Positions 49,216 through 61,165 of a DNA stretch of 64,000 bases are shown here, piece by piece. Numbering within the stretch: position 1 is the first letter of the stretch; every line of letters begins with the position of its first letter. The notes beneath the pieces were generated by a model. That model saw nothing but the letters and a program-made list of their open reading frames with translations. It was not told the origin of the DNA and made no database searches. This DNA is from Chrysemys picta bellii (taxonomy: Eukaryota), in the NCBI RefSeq assembly GCF_011386835.1, contig NC_088795.1, positions 33,418,001 through 33,482,000 on the forward strand, in the 5' to 3' direction. The position numbers and the translations under genes are program-made.

Positions 49216-52200
49216 CAGATGGCAGATTCATTGGTACTTATGTTCTAAGCTCAGCTATTGAATGTTACTGAGGTTCCCAAAGGATGAGTCTGTCCTTTGT
49301 GAAGGACAAGGCCTGTAAGAACAATTGTGGAAGATTCCTACATGCCATGAGGCCAGTAGAATGTGTGTTCTATTCTGCTCTGTGTGGATCTGTTTGTGGT
49401 TTCCATAACTATGCTTCTGGCAGAGATAGATATGATCTTTTGTGCCTAGCATGTGCCTCATTTTGACCATGTAACCCAAAATTTATTTCCTAGTCCTTTC
49501 TTTTTCAGCTGCAGCACAGCTCAACAGCAGAGTGACTTTTATTCCCGTAATTAAACAAATACATTATTTATTTATTTTATTATAGCCAATCAACCTAATG
49601 GATTTGATCACTCTGTATGGTTTCACATTGTTTATAGTGGAGCAAGGAACGCAGAGTGAGACTTCATTGACAATGAATTTCCAAAAGGGTTGCAATGTAC
49701 GGCAATGTACAAATTGTGATGCTGGGGACATGTAATGACTGGAACTGTCCTAAATTGAATATGAAATATGTGGGCAAATACTGTATAGCATATTATATTT
49801 CATGCTCATAAATTTGTGTGAGATAAGCTGTTGGGACTCTGCAAATTCAAAATAAGATTGCTTATTTCTTAGAGAGTTCAGGGGAAGTTACAGATGCTCA
49901 ACAGCTCTCAGGATCAGGCCTACATAATTCTAAAATAGTTAAGTGAAATTCAAAATATTTTACACATATGATACTAACTTATTTTAAATATTTGGGTTAA
50001 TTACTCATTGACGAATACTGTTTAAATGTTAACATGGATTCTTTCCCCCATTTTATACCTGTCACAACTGGGAAAATCTATGAATGTATGTAATCCATCT
50101 GTTGATTTATTGGCCCAACTTCTTTCAGAGTGTGTCACAAATCCACATGCTGTCTCTGGGTGCTGGATTTTGTATTTGGATCTTTGAATAAAAACTCATG
50201 TAGACTGAGAGCTCCCTATTGGCTATACATCTGAGGAGCCGCAAGAGTGCCAGTTATTCCAGCAAGGGTCTGGTATAAATTACACCCAGTAAATTGGCTC
50301 CAGATAAGTCTATTTTGGCTTGTGGAACATGAAGAACTTGTGTGGTGTGCTAAATCCTCCCCACTTTTTCCCAAAAAATGTCCCTTTTTGGGGAGCTGCC
50401 ATCACAGATGTGGAAGACATATTGATGTGGAGACTGGCACAAGTTGGATGGCAAAATTCTAGGGGATCAAATTTTGTGCAAAGGCCTCTGTCACCCCCTT
50501 AGACACATACATTATTTAAAAACTGGGAGACATGCAGTGAGGATCTGAGCATAGAATCTGATCCTTCATTTCACTCTAGTGAGACCATTTTTATATGTCA
50601 AATAAGTAGCAATATGTATCTTGATCTCAATATATAGCTGAAGATGTGAAGTTAAATCTCAAAATTTGTTTTAAATCGTTTACTGCCATGCATCTAAAAT
50701 AAAGTGGTTATTCAAAACATATTTATATTTACAAAAATAGCAGTATGAAAAAATAAATACATATCAATAGTTAAAGACATATTTTGAGGCTTTAACACTG
50801 AAATAGATGTGTATATCTAGTCCATACTGGTAACATCTCAAATGTGTTTTTTTTAGTAATTCTTTGTGTGTATATATTGAACACACAAGCATCTTGTTGA
50901 ATTTGAATTTAGATTTCAACTGTAAGATAGGCAATGTGGGTCAAACGTACAAAAAAAATCTTGGAAATTTGTACCCGTAGTGTTGCATACATACACAATT
51001 ACACATGCACAATGAGGAGAGAGCAGTGATAACACCGTTCTCCTGATTATTGAACCACTTCTGATGCAGATTGTCCCCCACAGTGGAGTTTAATTTTCTT
51101 TATCTATATTAATTTAGAAATGTTAGGCCAGAATCTCTAGTCTGTTAAGGACAAGCAGCGCTAACTGGCTTTAAAAGGTTGGAGATAGACAATGGAGAAT
51201 TCCCCTTGAAAATAGGGGAACTCTCCACTGGAGTCATTTCTTATGCCAGTGGCTTCCAAATCTCCAGCATAAGGGCAAGGAGCCATGTCCGGGGCTTTCC
51301 AGAGACAGGGCATGGGGTTGGGGTGGAATTCTGTTTTGCCCTGATATAAGGGCCAAACTTCATGCCAGTAGGCCCCCCTACTTAACATAGTGGAGAATTT
51401 GGGCCACAATCATTATTGCCAGCGATTCCTAGTTGTATGATCTCTCAATATATATATTTACACACGGTTAGCTACATCTCCTAGTTTAATCGCACGTGGG
51501 CAAATCCTGCAGTCCTCACTCAGGCAAAGGTCCCACTGACTTCCCACTGGGAGTTTTGTATGAATAAGGCCTACAGAATTTGACCCAAAAAACCAACATT
51601 GTAAGGAATATACAACCTGGATCCTTTTATATTATAGCGTGCTACTGGTTGGCTGTAGGCTGTTCCCTTCCTGTAGTAAAATGGGTGTCATTTGAAATCC
51701 CCTTCAGACAATGAAGTTCTTTTCCTATAGAGAGATCGTCTTAAAAACAAAAACAAAAAACAAAAACAAAAACCCCCACACACGAGAGGGAGTGAGTACA
51801 ATGAGCTGATTGTCTTGAGTGTGCACTCTGTGGGTTTCATCCTGACCTCATGCCAATTTTTCACTGGCATAATCCTACTGTTTTCCATGGAGATATTCCT
51901 GATTTACACTAGTGTGAGATCAAAATCAGGCCCTATACCTCTAAGCCACTTGTCTTCTACTCTTTGCTTCTTTACTTTTCCCTTATTTAGTAGCATGGAT
52001 ATATGGTCTGTTCCTGTAATATTCCCACCCCTGGAATTTTACAATTACAATCTTAGTGTTTCACATTTGACACACGCTCAGTCTCTTAATGTGATGATGA
52101 TGTTGGTGTATTTATTCTTAGGAAGCCTCTCAATCCCCACAGTGGAGAAGTTTAGGTGGATATCTATCTTCCACACTATCAGACCCTATTTTGAATGTTT

Positions 52201-54724
52201 TTGTGAAAAGGGTAATGCAACACAGAATGCTGTACATGGGTTCTTCCAGCTATGAATTAATCTCTTTTATCTGTCTCTGACCACAACAGAAGTTGGCAGC
52301 CTTTCTATTCCATATCCTCAAGTCAGACTAAGAATATCAGTTCCGCTTAGGGAAGCTGTTGGGAAAAGTTTAACCCTTTCAGCAGGTCTTTCCATAATTT
52401 TTTTTAGTTCTTGACCTTCCTAGTTTAAAAAGAAAGAAAGAAAGAGTCTGTAAATGTCCACAATGATGAATGCAACTTTAGGAGGTTCCAAGAGTTGGAA
52501 ATTAATAGGAGCACTTTTTATCATTTTTACATTTGCAGATAGCTTTCCTGCAGTGGGGATCCATGGAGGGGAGCTAGGGGGACTGCTGTACATGTTTCAA
52601 ATGTACAGTTAGAGAATTTGCATAGAATGACAACAGTACCATAAGTTATTGAGGGTTATAATGTCCAGCACTTAGAATGTGCTACTGTGCATCGTGGTAG
52701 GATATGGGTCTTTTCTGTGGAAAATGAATAGTCATTCCAGTAAGTCTTGGTACAATAAAACTCTTGAAATGTCATTTGGAGGAAAATGAATTAATGTGAA
52801 AGGTACACGGAGCTTGTATAGGAAGAAGGGAAGGAGAAGAATAGTTCATGAAATTAATCCAAATATTTGAGCGCAACATAAAATTATTTGACCTTATGAC
52901 AAACAGTAAAATGCAAAGTAACACATTAAAAGCAGAAGCAAGAGACAGTTGCAGTGTGTGTACCGTGAATGTAATATTCCGGAAGAAGAAAGAACTCTTT
53001 AAACAGTTTTTCAGTTCTGGATGTCTGAGTTGTACCCATGTGTGGGAAAGGAAATGGAGAAGTCTGTGAAGGTTTCCTAAATGCTATTGGTATTCTGGGT
53101 GATTTTTTTTCTTTTTTGTATTATTCAAGAAAGCATATTTTGCTGAAGTTTCTTTTTAAACTTCTCTTGAACCATTTGGTGAAAGGAAAATGGAAATGCC
53201 ATAATTACAAGTAATACCCATTTTTAAAAATGGGCTTATTCTTAGTTCTCAGAATCTGAACTCATGAGACAGAGGAAACACCTTTCTCTTTGGCCTACAG
53301 GGAACTTGGAGAGTTGCAAGAGTGAGCACTGAGCCACATTGTTAGAATAAAGTTTTCAGATATCTGGGACTGCCAAAAGTTTTAAGGTGGGGTGGGGGGT
53401 GGGGGGAAATCTACCTTCCATCTTTGCCATATTAATGTAGTTTTTATTTTCATAACTTGTTTGTGCCAGTCTTTCCTGATGTGAAAGTATATGATGAAAT
53501 AACCAGTGATTTTCTTTCCTATATATAGATAAATCACTGATTATTTCATTATACTGAGGTAATAGTGACTTGAAACATTATTTTAAAGGCTTGACAAGAT
53601 AATGCATATTTTCCCCTATAGGTAGAATTAACAAAAACTTGCATACCTAGATTCCTTCAGGATAACCTTGGACTACTTACTTTCATCTTAAAACACAAAT
53701 AAAATCAAGCAAGAAAAAACAAAGCCATGAATACATAATGATAATTAATTATGAGTGTACAAACATCTTATAAATTAAAAATGAGTTAATCTGAAAGCTA
53801 TAATTAAAAAGCATCCCATAAAAAGCTTGATAATGTAAAGTAATGTATACTTCACAAATTGCACTACATTCATCCTAGTTGTGAGACTCATGATTAACCT
53901 CCGCCTCTGAGGTTTCTGGCTAACAGTAAGATTGTATAGTGCAGTGCCAGAAACCAGCCTAGCGGTTCTTCTTACTGTTCACCCACAGTACTCATGCGTG
54001 AACTCTGGTCCTTATAAAGCCTAATGTGCAACTCATTAAATGTCTTCAAGGAAGGGGGATGTAAGGATCTAATTTTATTGACTGACTTGGAGTGAAGAAG
54101 TATACCCAGCTTGCTCACATCCTCTGTGGGATTGGATGTGGAGACACCTCTTTTTTCCACTGCATTGAGACGCCATCACATATGTTCAGAGGCTGATGAA
54201 CTGAAAAGATCTGTAGGCCACATGTGTCCAGCGGAACGCGTATCAGCCTGGATAAGAGTTTCTGTGGGAGATGGCTTTTGGGAAAGTTCCCACACACAAG
54301 CCAGTGTAGCATTTCTGTTCTTATTGAGCCTGACTCTCCTTCACACTGAGTCGGCCTGATGCTGCTCTGGCAACGTAAGAAGCCCTTTAGTGGACATAAG
54401 TGACATTTACAAACACTTTCAGGTTCCTTTACCCTGCCAAAAGGGTGTAAAGGGGGCCTTGGTGTAAATGAGAATCAGGCAACTGTTTCTTCACACAGTA
54501 GCTTCTGCTGAGTCACAGAGTCTGCCCCACAGCCAGTAAAGAGGAAAGGCTTGTTTTAATGAGTATATATCAATGCTATTCAGTGACTGCAGAGCAGCCA
54601 GGAGCAGGGTGCGCAGAGGTTCACAGAAGACATTTTGGTACCCTAGAACAAACACATTTCTGAGTGATGGAGGCTTAGATGGAAAGATTATATCTTAAAC
54701 AATAAGGACAACATTATTTTTGTG

Positions 54725-54937
54725 ACAGGTTTCAGAGTAGCAGCCGTGTTAGTCTGTATCCGCAAAAAGAAGAACAGGAGTACTTGTGGCACCTTAGAGA
54801 CTAACAAATTTATTAGAGCATAAGCTTTCGTGGACTACAGCCCACTTCTTCGGATGCATATAGAATGGAACATATATTGAGGAGATATATATACACACAT
54901 ACAGAGAGCATAAACAGGTGGGAGTTGTCTTACCAAA
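54725..54937 (-). mobile_element. Young Penelope-like terminal fragment with complete end and intact hammerhead motif
   Basis: Nearly identical to the arms at 21.7-21.9 kb; 12-bp TSD ATTATTTTTGTG at 54713-54724 and 54938-54949. Confidence 0.9.
54818..54857 (-). ncRNA. Minimal type I hammerhead ribozyme motif (PLE-borne)
   Basis: Identical 40-mer to 21787-21826; predicted cleavage after CUU, between 54822 and 54821. Activity untested. Confidence 0.7.
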
Positions 54938-56369
54938 ATTATTTTTGTGGCTTAGCTTCCCACTGTGGATGGTGGGTTGATGTCCCTCCCTGCTTTTGTC
55001 CCGCCTCTCGGTGAAGAAGGCAGCAAGTGTCTCAGACTGGTGTGTCAATTTCTAGGCCTCAGCCTCAAGAACCATGGAGGACATGACAATCTGGACTTTC
55101 CAGCCAGTTCAGACAAGGAAGTGGAGAAGGTGCTGCTCCTACCAGGGTACCTTCCAACACTCCAGTGCCAGGCTAATGTGCCTGCAAGGTCCAGCCAAGC
55201 AACAGCTCAGCAGTTTCCCTGCCCAGCCACCGCCCAGCGTGAGGGGACCAAAACTGGGCAGCTTCACCACACTTCAGAGCTCCCACACAATGTCCATGTC
55301 TATGGGCCTACTTGTGTGCCCTCTCACAGGTTGAGTAGGGGGTTCACAATCTGGCCTTGGGAACCTTCTTCACTGGGAAGTGATACCTTATGTTTAGTGT
55401 GCCTTAAACAAAAAGAAAATCCAGCAATTACTAAAATAAATTAACATTGTCTTATAAAGAATGCCTGGCCTGTTGGTAAATGTTTTCTAATAAATGATAG
55501 GCAGAGTCTTTTTTTTTAATTATTTTATAAACTTGCTTGCAGTAATGTGGTCTTCCTCTTTGCAGGATAATCAGTCTTTTAAGTGGGATCCAACAACTTT
55601 CCTCAAAAGAATGGAACACTAGACTCAGCCAAGAAACACTTTGAAATGATATTTAACCTAAGGCTGCTAGTGTTACAGAACATGAAGGGATAATATTCCC
55701 TTTTTCTCTCCTTCAGACTCACATGCACGTGCTTAATTGCATTATTTATCCATATCTAAATACTGTGGAAGGCACTATCTTTATCCATCTCCATTGCAAT
55801 TTAGCACCGAGGTATTTTTAGATGCTCCATACTGTATCTGTCAGTGTTAATCTTTCTATTTCATTCATCTGTAATTTTGCATATAGGTATAATCCTAACG
55901 ATTCTTCCTTTAGACTTGATAACCATCTGCTAGCTTTGGAAGGGTGTGAAGTGGGGAAAATTATTATTTAGGGTAGACCAAATGGTATAACTAAGAGCAG
56001 TACCTATACTTCCCTGTGGTGTGATCTTTTAGCTTGAGGAATAGTCTTGTGAGGGAAATGGTGGAAGCCCTATCTGGGGATATTTAAAATTAGTCTGAAG
56101 GCAGTACTTGAGAATATACTGAATGGAATAATGGGATGGACTAGTAAACATGAAGTCTTGTCTTTATGTACATTTTGTGGGCCACATGCTGCTCTCAGAT
56201 GCCCTGATGTAAATCTGAAATCAGTGTAATTACTTCTGATTTACATTGTTGTTAGTTATTATGTTTATCATGGTAGTGCTTAGGGGTCAGCTCAGAATGA
56301 CTAGGAATCACCATTATGAATGACAAGAGATAGTCAGTGGGCCAGGGGCCTACTGTGAGAATGATTCTA

Positions 56370-56493
56370 TAGCCTGCTGGTTTGGGTGCTCACCTAGGAG
56401 GTGGGAGAGATGAGTTCAAATCCCTTCTCCACATCAGACAGAGAGGGGAATTAAACCTATGTCTCATACATTGGTGGTGAGTGTACTGGGCTA
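56370..56493. repeat. Decayed inverted repeat built from two tRNA-like SINE-head halves
   Basis: Left half has A-box-like TAGCCTGCTGG and B-box GAGTTCAAATCC; right half is an imperfect reverse complement. Confidence 0.4.
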
Positions 56494-57849
56494 ATGTATT
56501 CACAGGCTTTTGTCCAAGTGCCTGAAAATCAAAATGATTTTTTTTGGGTAGAAACAAAACAAAGAGTTTTCTGTCAACATTAGTGAAATATTCTGACTCT
56601 TCTGGTTCAATTTAAATTATTGGGCAAATGTGACACAAATTCACAAAAAGTTTTGCATTTTTTTGGTGAATAAACTATTAATTCGAAATTTTTTTGCCTG
56701 GCTCTACCAACAGTCACTGTGATTTAAGATATAACAGGTCATACAATTGGCACAGTTTTAAGTGCATTGCCAAGGGGTTCTCAAATTTATCAGTAGAGCT
56801 GGTCAAAAAAACAAAAAAAGCTTCCTGTATTTCTTAGTCTGTTTAGTTTTGTTGGATTTTATAAACTGTTCACTTTTTGAAACTTTCCACATGTATTTGG
56901 GGTTTTTTTAAAGGGTAATTTTTGAAAACGAGCATTTTTTTTATTTTGAAAAACTCCACCATGTGACTAAGCTTGCCAATTAAAATTGGCAATGCACCCT
57001 TCAATTAAAAAGCACACAGACCCTTGAAGATGAAAACTGATAAAATGAAAACTGATAAAATGTTGCCTAAGACTGTCCCCCCAACATAAAATGTTACAAA
57101 AAACAATCTAGTTTCTAGTTTGTTTTTTTTTAAGGCCAAATTTAATTCAAAATCACTTGAACAAAAAGATTAGGCTAACTGTAGTTATTGGGCAGCTATT
57201 CAATGGGAGTGGCAAAAAGAGAAGCCTACCTGCCCTTAGGGGGGGAGAGAGAGAGTCTGGACGCAGGAAGCTCAGTTACGCATCAGGCGGATAATGCCAC
57301 TTCAGCATGTCTAATTGTTTAATGCTGCAGTATGTGTAAACTAGGGCAAGCGGCATATCATATGAATTGAAACAACCGAAGGCTGTTTTTGCATTGCACA
57401 CCCTCTGCTGCTATTGGAGAGGAGACTTACCTTTGACTCTCATAGGAGAAGGAGCTGGCTCTGTGTTGTCTACTTTGTTGATCAATGGCTTCTAACACTA
57501 GGAAAGTGAGAATGTAATGTGATCCTTTTTAGAAAACAAAGTCACATCAGCACCAAGTTAAATAAAAAAAAAAAAACTTCCTGGGATACTGTTTTTTATG
57601 GTCCCTGAGAGTCCCTCAGATGTATCCTCTGCAGAGGTTCAAATGGGGGAAGTGCCGCAGCTCTGCTTTGACTTCCAGCTGCAGGTGAGCGTTGGGGTGA
57701 GGAGCACCACCCAATGGAAGCTCTGGGAGAGATTGTGCCTGGAGGTCTGGGGAGTGCAACCATTGTGCCAACCTTCCCAAGGACTATTAGAGGCATGGAA
57801 AAACTCATATGACGAGAGTTTGAAGAGACTGGGACTGTTTACCTTAAAG

Positions 57850-58181
57850 CAGTGGTTCTCAAAGTCAGTCTGCCGCTTGTTCAGGGAAAGCCCCTGGCTG
57901 GTTGGGCCGGTTTGTTTACCTGCTGCGTCTGCAGGTTTAGTCAATCACGGCTCCTACTGGCTGTGGTTCGCCGTTCCAGGCCAATGCGGGCTGCAGGAAG
58001 TGGCATGGGCCGAGAGATATGCTGTCCGCCCTTCGCCGCTCCAGGCCAATGGGGGCTGTAGGAACCACAGCCAGTGGGAGCCGCGATTGGCTGAACCGGT
58101 GGACACGGCAGGTAAATAAACCGACCCGGCCAGCCAGGGGCTTTCCTGGAACAAGCGGTGGACCGACTTTGAGAACCACTG
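57850..58181. mobile_element. hAT-superfamily MITE (332 bp), largely palindromic
   Basis: 17-bp perfect TIRs CAGTGGTTCTCAAAGTC / GACTTTGAGAACCACTG; perfect 8-bp TSD CCTTAAAG at 57842-57849 and 58182-58189. Confidence 0.92.
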
Positions 58182-58235
58182 CCTTAAAGAAAAGATGAAT
58201 AAGGGAATATGATAAAAAGTATACAAAATAATGAA

Positions 58236-59416
58236 AAAAAATTAGGAGTACTTGTGGCACCTTAGAGACTAACATAAGCTTTCGTGGGCTAAAACCCAAT
58301 TCATTGGATGCATGCAGTGGAAAATACAGTAGGAAGATATATATACACAGAAAACATGAAAAAATGGGTGTTGCCATACCAACTCTAACGAGACTAATCA
58401 ATTAAGGTGGGCTATTATCAGTAGGAGAAAAAAAACCTTTTGTAGTGATAATCAGGATGGCCCATTTCAAACAGTTGACAAGAAGGTGTGAGTAACAGTA
58501 GGAGAAAAATTAGCATGGGGAAATAGTTTTTACTTTGTGTAATGACCCATCCACTCCCAGTCTTTATTCAAGCCTAATTTAATGGTGTCCAATTTGCAAA
58601 TTAATTCCAATTCTGCAGTTTCTCGTTGGAGTCTGTTTTTGAAATGTTGTTGGAGAATTGTGACTTTTAGGTCTGTAATTGAGTGACCAGGGAGGTTGAA
58701 GTGTTCTCCGACTGGTTTTTGAACGTTATAATTCTTGACATCTGATTTGTGTCCATTTATTCTTTTGCGTAGAGACTGTCCGGTTTGGCCAATGTACATG
58801 GCAGGGGGGCATTGCTGGCACATGATGGCATATATGACATTGGTAGCTGTGAAGGTGAATGAGCCTCTGATGGTGTCGCTGATGTGATTAGGTCCTATGA
58901 TGGTGTCCCTTGAATAGATATGTGGACAGAGTTGGCAACGGGCTTTGTTGCGAGTATAGGTTCCTGGGTTAGTGTTTTTGCTGTGTGGTGTTTGGTTGCT
59001 GGTGAGTATTTGCTTCAGGTTGGGGGGGCTGTCTGTAAACGAGGACTGGCCTGTCTCCCAAGATCTATGAGAGTGAGGGATCATACTTCAGAATAGGCTG
59101 TAGATCTTGATGATGCTCTGGAGAGGTTTTAGTTGGGGGCGGCTAGTGGCATTCTGTTACTTTCTTTGTTGGGCCTGTCCTGGAGTAGATGACTTCTGGC
59201 TCTGTCAATCTGTTTCTTCACTTCAGCAGGTGGGTATTGTAATTTTAAGAATGCTTGTATATATATCTTCCTACTGTATTTTCCACTGCATGCATCCGAT
59301 GAAGTGGCTTTTAGCTCACAAAAGCTTATGCCCAAATAAATTTGTTAGTCTCTAAGGTGCCACAAGTACTCCTAGTTTTTTTTGTTGATACAGACTAACA
59401 CGGCTACCACTCTGAA
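58236..59416 (-). mobile_element. Penelope-like element: ~1 kb minus-strand body plus an inverted plus-strand terminal repeat (59258-59416)
   Basis: GIY-YIG remnant in the body; terminal repeat at both ends in opposite orientation; 13-bp duplication ACAAAATAATGAA at 58223-58235 and 59417-59429. Confidence 0.92.
58530..59084 (-). pseudogene. GIY-YIG endonuclease domain of the Penelope-like element (5'-truncated, no RT)
   Basis: CQLCPH...NVIYAIMCQQCPPAMYIGQTGQSLRKRINGH...EHFNLPGH...RETAELELICKLDTIKLGLN contains the VIY/YIG motifs with conserved R, E and N. Confidence 0.9.
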
Positions 59417-60984
59417 ACAAAATAATGAATGGCAAAGAGATGATAGATTGGGAACTTCTGTTCTCCCAGTCTTATAACACACTCCATTCCAAAGTCACTC
59501 AGTAATAGGATGACTAGAATTGGCCTGTTTCACTTGTTACTCATCTCTGAGGATTTACTGCCACTAACTGTAGTTCTCTGGATCTTTCCAATCCACCAGC
59601 TCTTGGATCCATCTTCTTATCACACTGTAGTTCTTTATAATTTTTGATTATGCTCAGCTATCTTTTCAATTCTTAATTTAATCCGAAGAAGTCACATTCA
59701 TTTTCTTGTCACTGTGGCATGTGAATGTCAATGTGAATGTATTGTAAGTGCTGTTCAGTTAACAAGGAGTTAAAGCATGAGCTAATTTTGCTAAAGGAGG
59801 AAGGGTTTGAAAGCTTGTGTCCTGTCACATATTTTTTTGTCTCCTCTCACTCTGAATGCAGCTAGTCTGGTGGTAACAAGTTACTCTAAAGAGTTCCAGC
59901 TAGTTCTAGGGGTGTTGATAGCTGCCTGCCTGGGTGCTAATAAAGCCTCCTGTGTTATACCCATGACTGTAAGAAGAGAAATCATTTAGTTCAGAGCTAT
60001 CAGAGCAATCTGTATTATTTTAAAATTTCTTAGAAGAGTAACTTAAATCTCTGCAAAAATAAAAATGCTAAATTACAAACAGGACATTTAATGTAAGGGT
60101 AAGAGGAGACATTTAAAAATATGCAAAGCATCCATTTATGATATACACATAAAAGAAGTGAGTAGGTGTTTCCCTTTGATAACTGTATTTTAATTTCTGG
60201 TACAGTGTGGGAGCCTTGAAACACCTCCATGATATGCCATGATGGTAGATTGCCCAAGTGTAGTGAGAAAAGATCAGAGTAGCAACTTGCCTTTCACCTT
60301 TGCAGACCTGAGGCTAGATTGTGATCTCAGTTATGCTGCTATAAATCAGGTGTAACTTCCCTGAATTAGGGGAATTACTACAGAATTACACCAAAGTAAA
60401 GAGACTATATTACAGGCCCCAAGTTCGTATGCTGCTTAAAGATCTTGTTGGTTTCAGTGTAGTTCACATTTCGCCACATTACAGAAGAAGAACCTAGTAT
60501 TCTTGGTGGAGGACTAAGGCCCTACTCCTGGTCCCACTGAAGTTAAAAAGAGTTGAGATTTACTTTTCATGTTCAGACCTTTATGCACTTCTTAATTCTG
60601 GTTGGGGTTGAAAGTAGAAATGCTGAAAGGGCCTTGTGAGAGGGCCTGTTCTCATGGGCTTTTTTGGTCAGTTTGAAGACTCTAGAGATGTGGATAGTTA
60701 AGCTAAGTTTCAGATAAGCAACCAATCTGTAGGATAAATGTATCCTATGAATTCAGTGCACTTGTGCTATTTGCAAGCTAGCCAAGCAACTACCCGGAGA
60801 CCTGATTAAAATCCTAATTACTGGGGATAAGCGTGAGATGAGCCAAGAAATGGTGGCTAATATTTGATGTTATCTTGCAAAAGGACAGCCCTAGATCTTG
60901 AATTTGTTCAATGCTCATTTAGTTTCCCATATATGGATGACATCAGTCATCCCCTGACAAACACCACTGATGATGAAGTGTATG

Positions 60985-61165
60985 TGTGATGGATTGGATC
61001 AGAGAAACCCCCTCAGGGCTGCTAACTGATGTGCCAAGACTACTTCTGCCCCTGCTTTCCCTGCCAGCTCGGGACTCCAGCATTCTGTCTTGTTGAGCCA
61101 GACACGCCCGTCTGCTCCAGCACAGACCCAGGGTCTGAACCACGTACCCCAAAGCTGCAGACTTT
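60985..61165. mobile_element. Truncated LTR end
   Basis: Begins TGTGATGGATTGGATCAGAGAAACCCC, recognised as a common turtle LTR start; the other end is absent. Confidence 0.5.

Larger units (their letters stand above)
57783..59470 (+). mobile_element. Old CR1 ORF2 fragment broken by two later insertions
   Basis: Joining 57783-57849, 58190-58235 and 59430-59470 gives the CR1 motif run RLKRLGLFTLK / ...[10 protein letters not shown] / GKEMIDWELLFS. Confidence 0.7.

Noticed and set aside
53386-53406. G-quadruplex-capable G runs (also G15 at 17271-17285)
   Set aside because: Simple G tracts are common; there is no contextual evidence of function.
54950-55444. GC-richer block with a 159-aa ORF (similar unassigned block at ~28640-29100)
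   Set aside because: No recognisable domain in the frames I translated and no splice structure; probably old repeat fragments. BLASTx or Dfam would be needed to assign them.
57425-57433. Perfect minus-strand splice donor AAG|GTAAGT as a far-upstream LEF1 exon
   Set aside because: About 0.5 such 9-mers are expected by chance in 64 kb on two strands; no supporting promoter or acceptor.
57598-58401. 173- and 154-aa ORFs on opposite strands
   Set aside because: They span a palindromic hAT MITE and CR1 debris, so their mirrored peptides reflect the palindrome.
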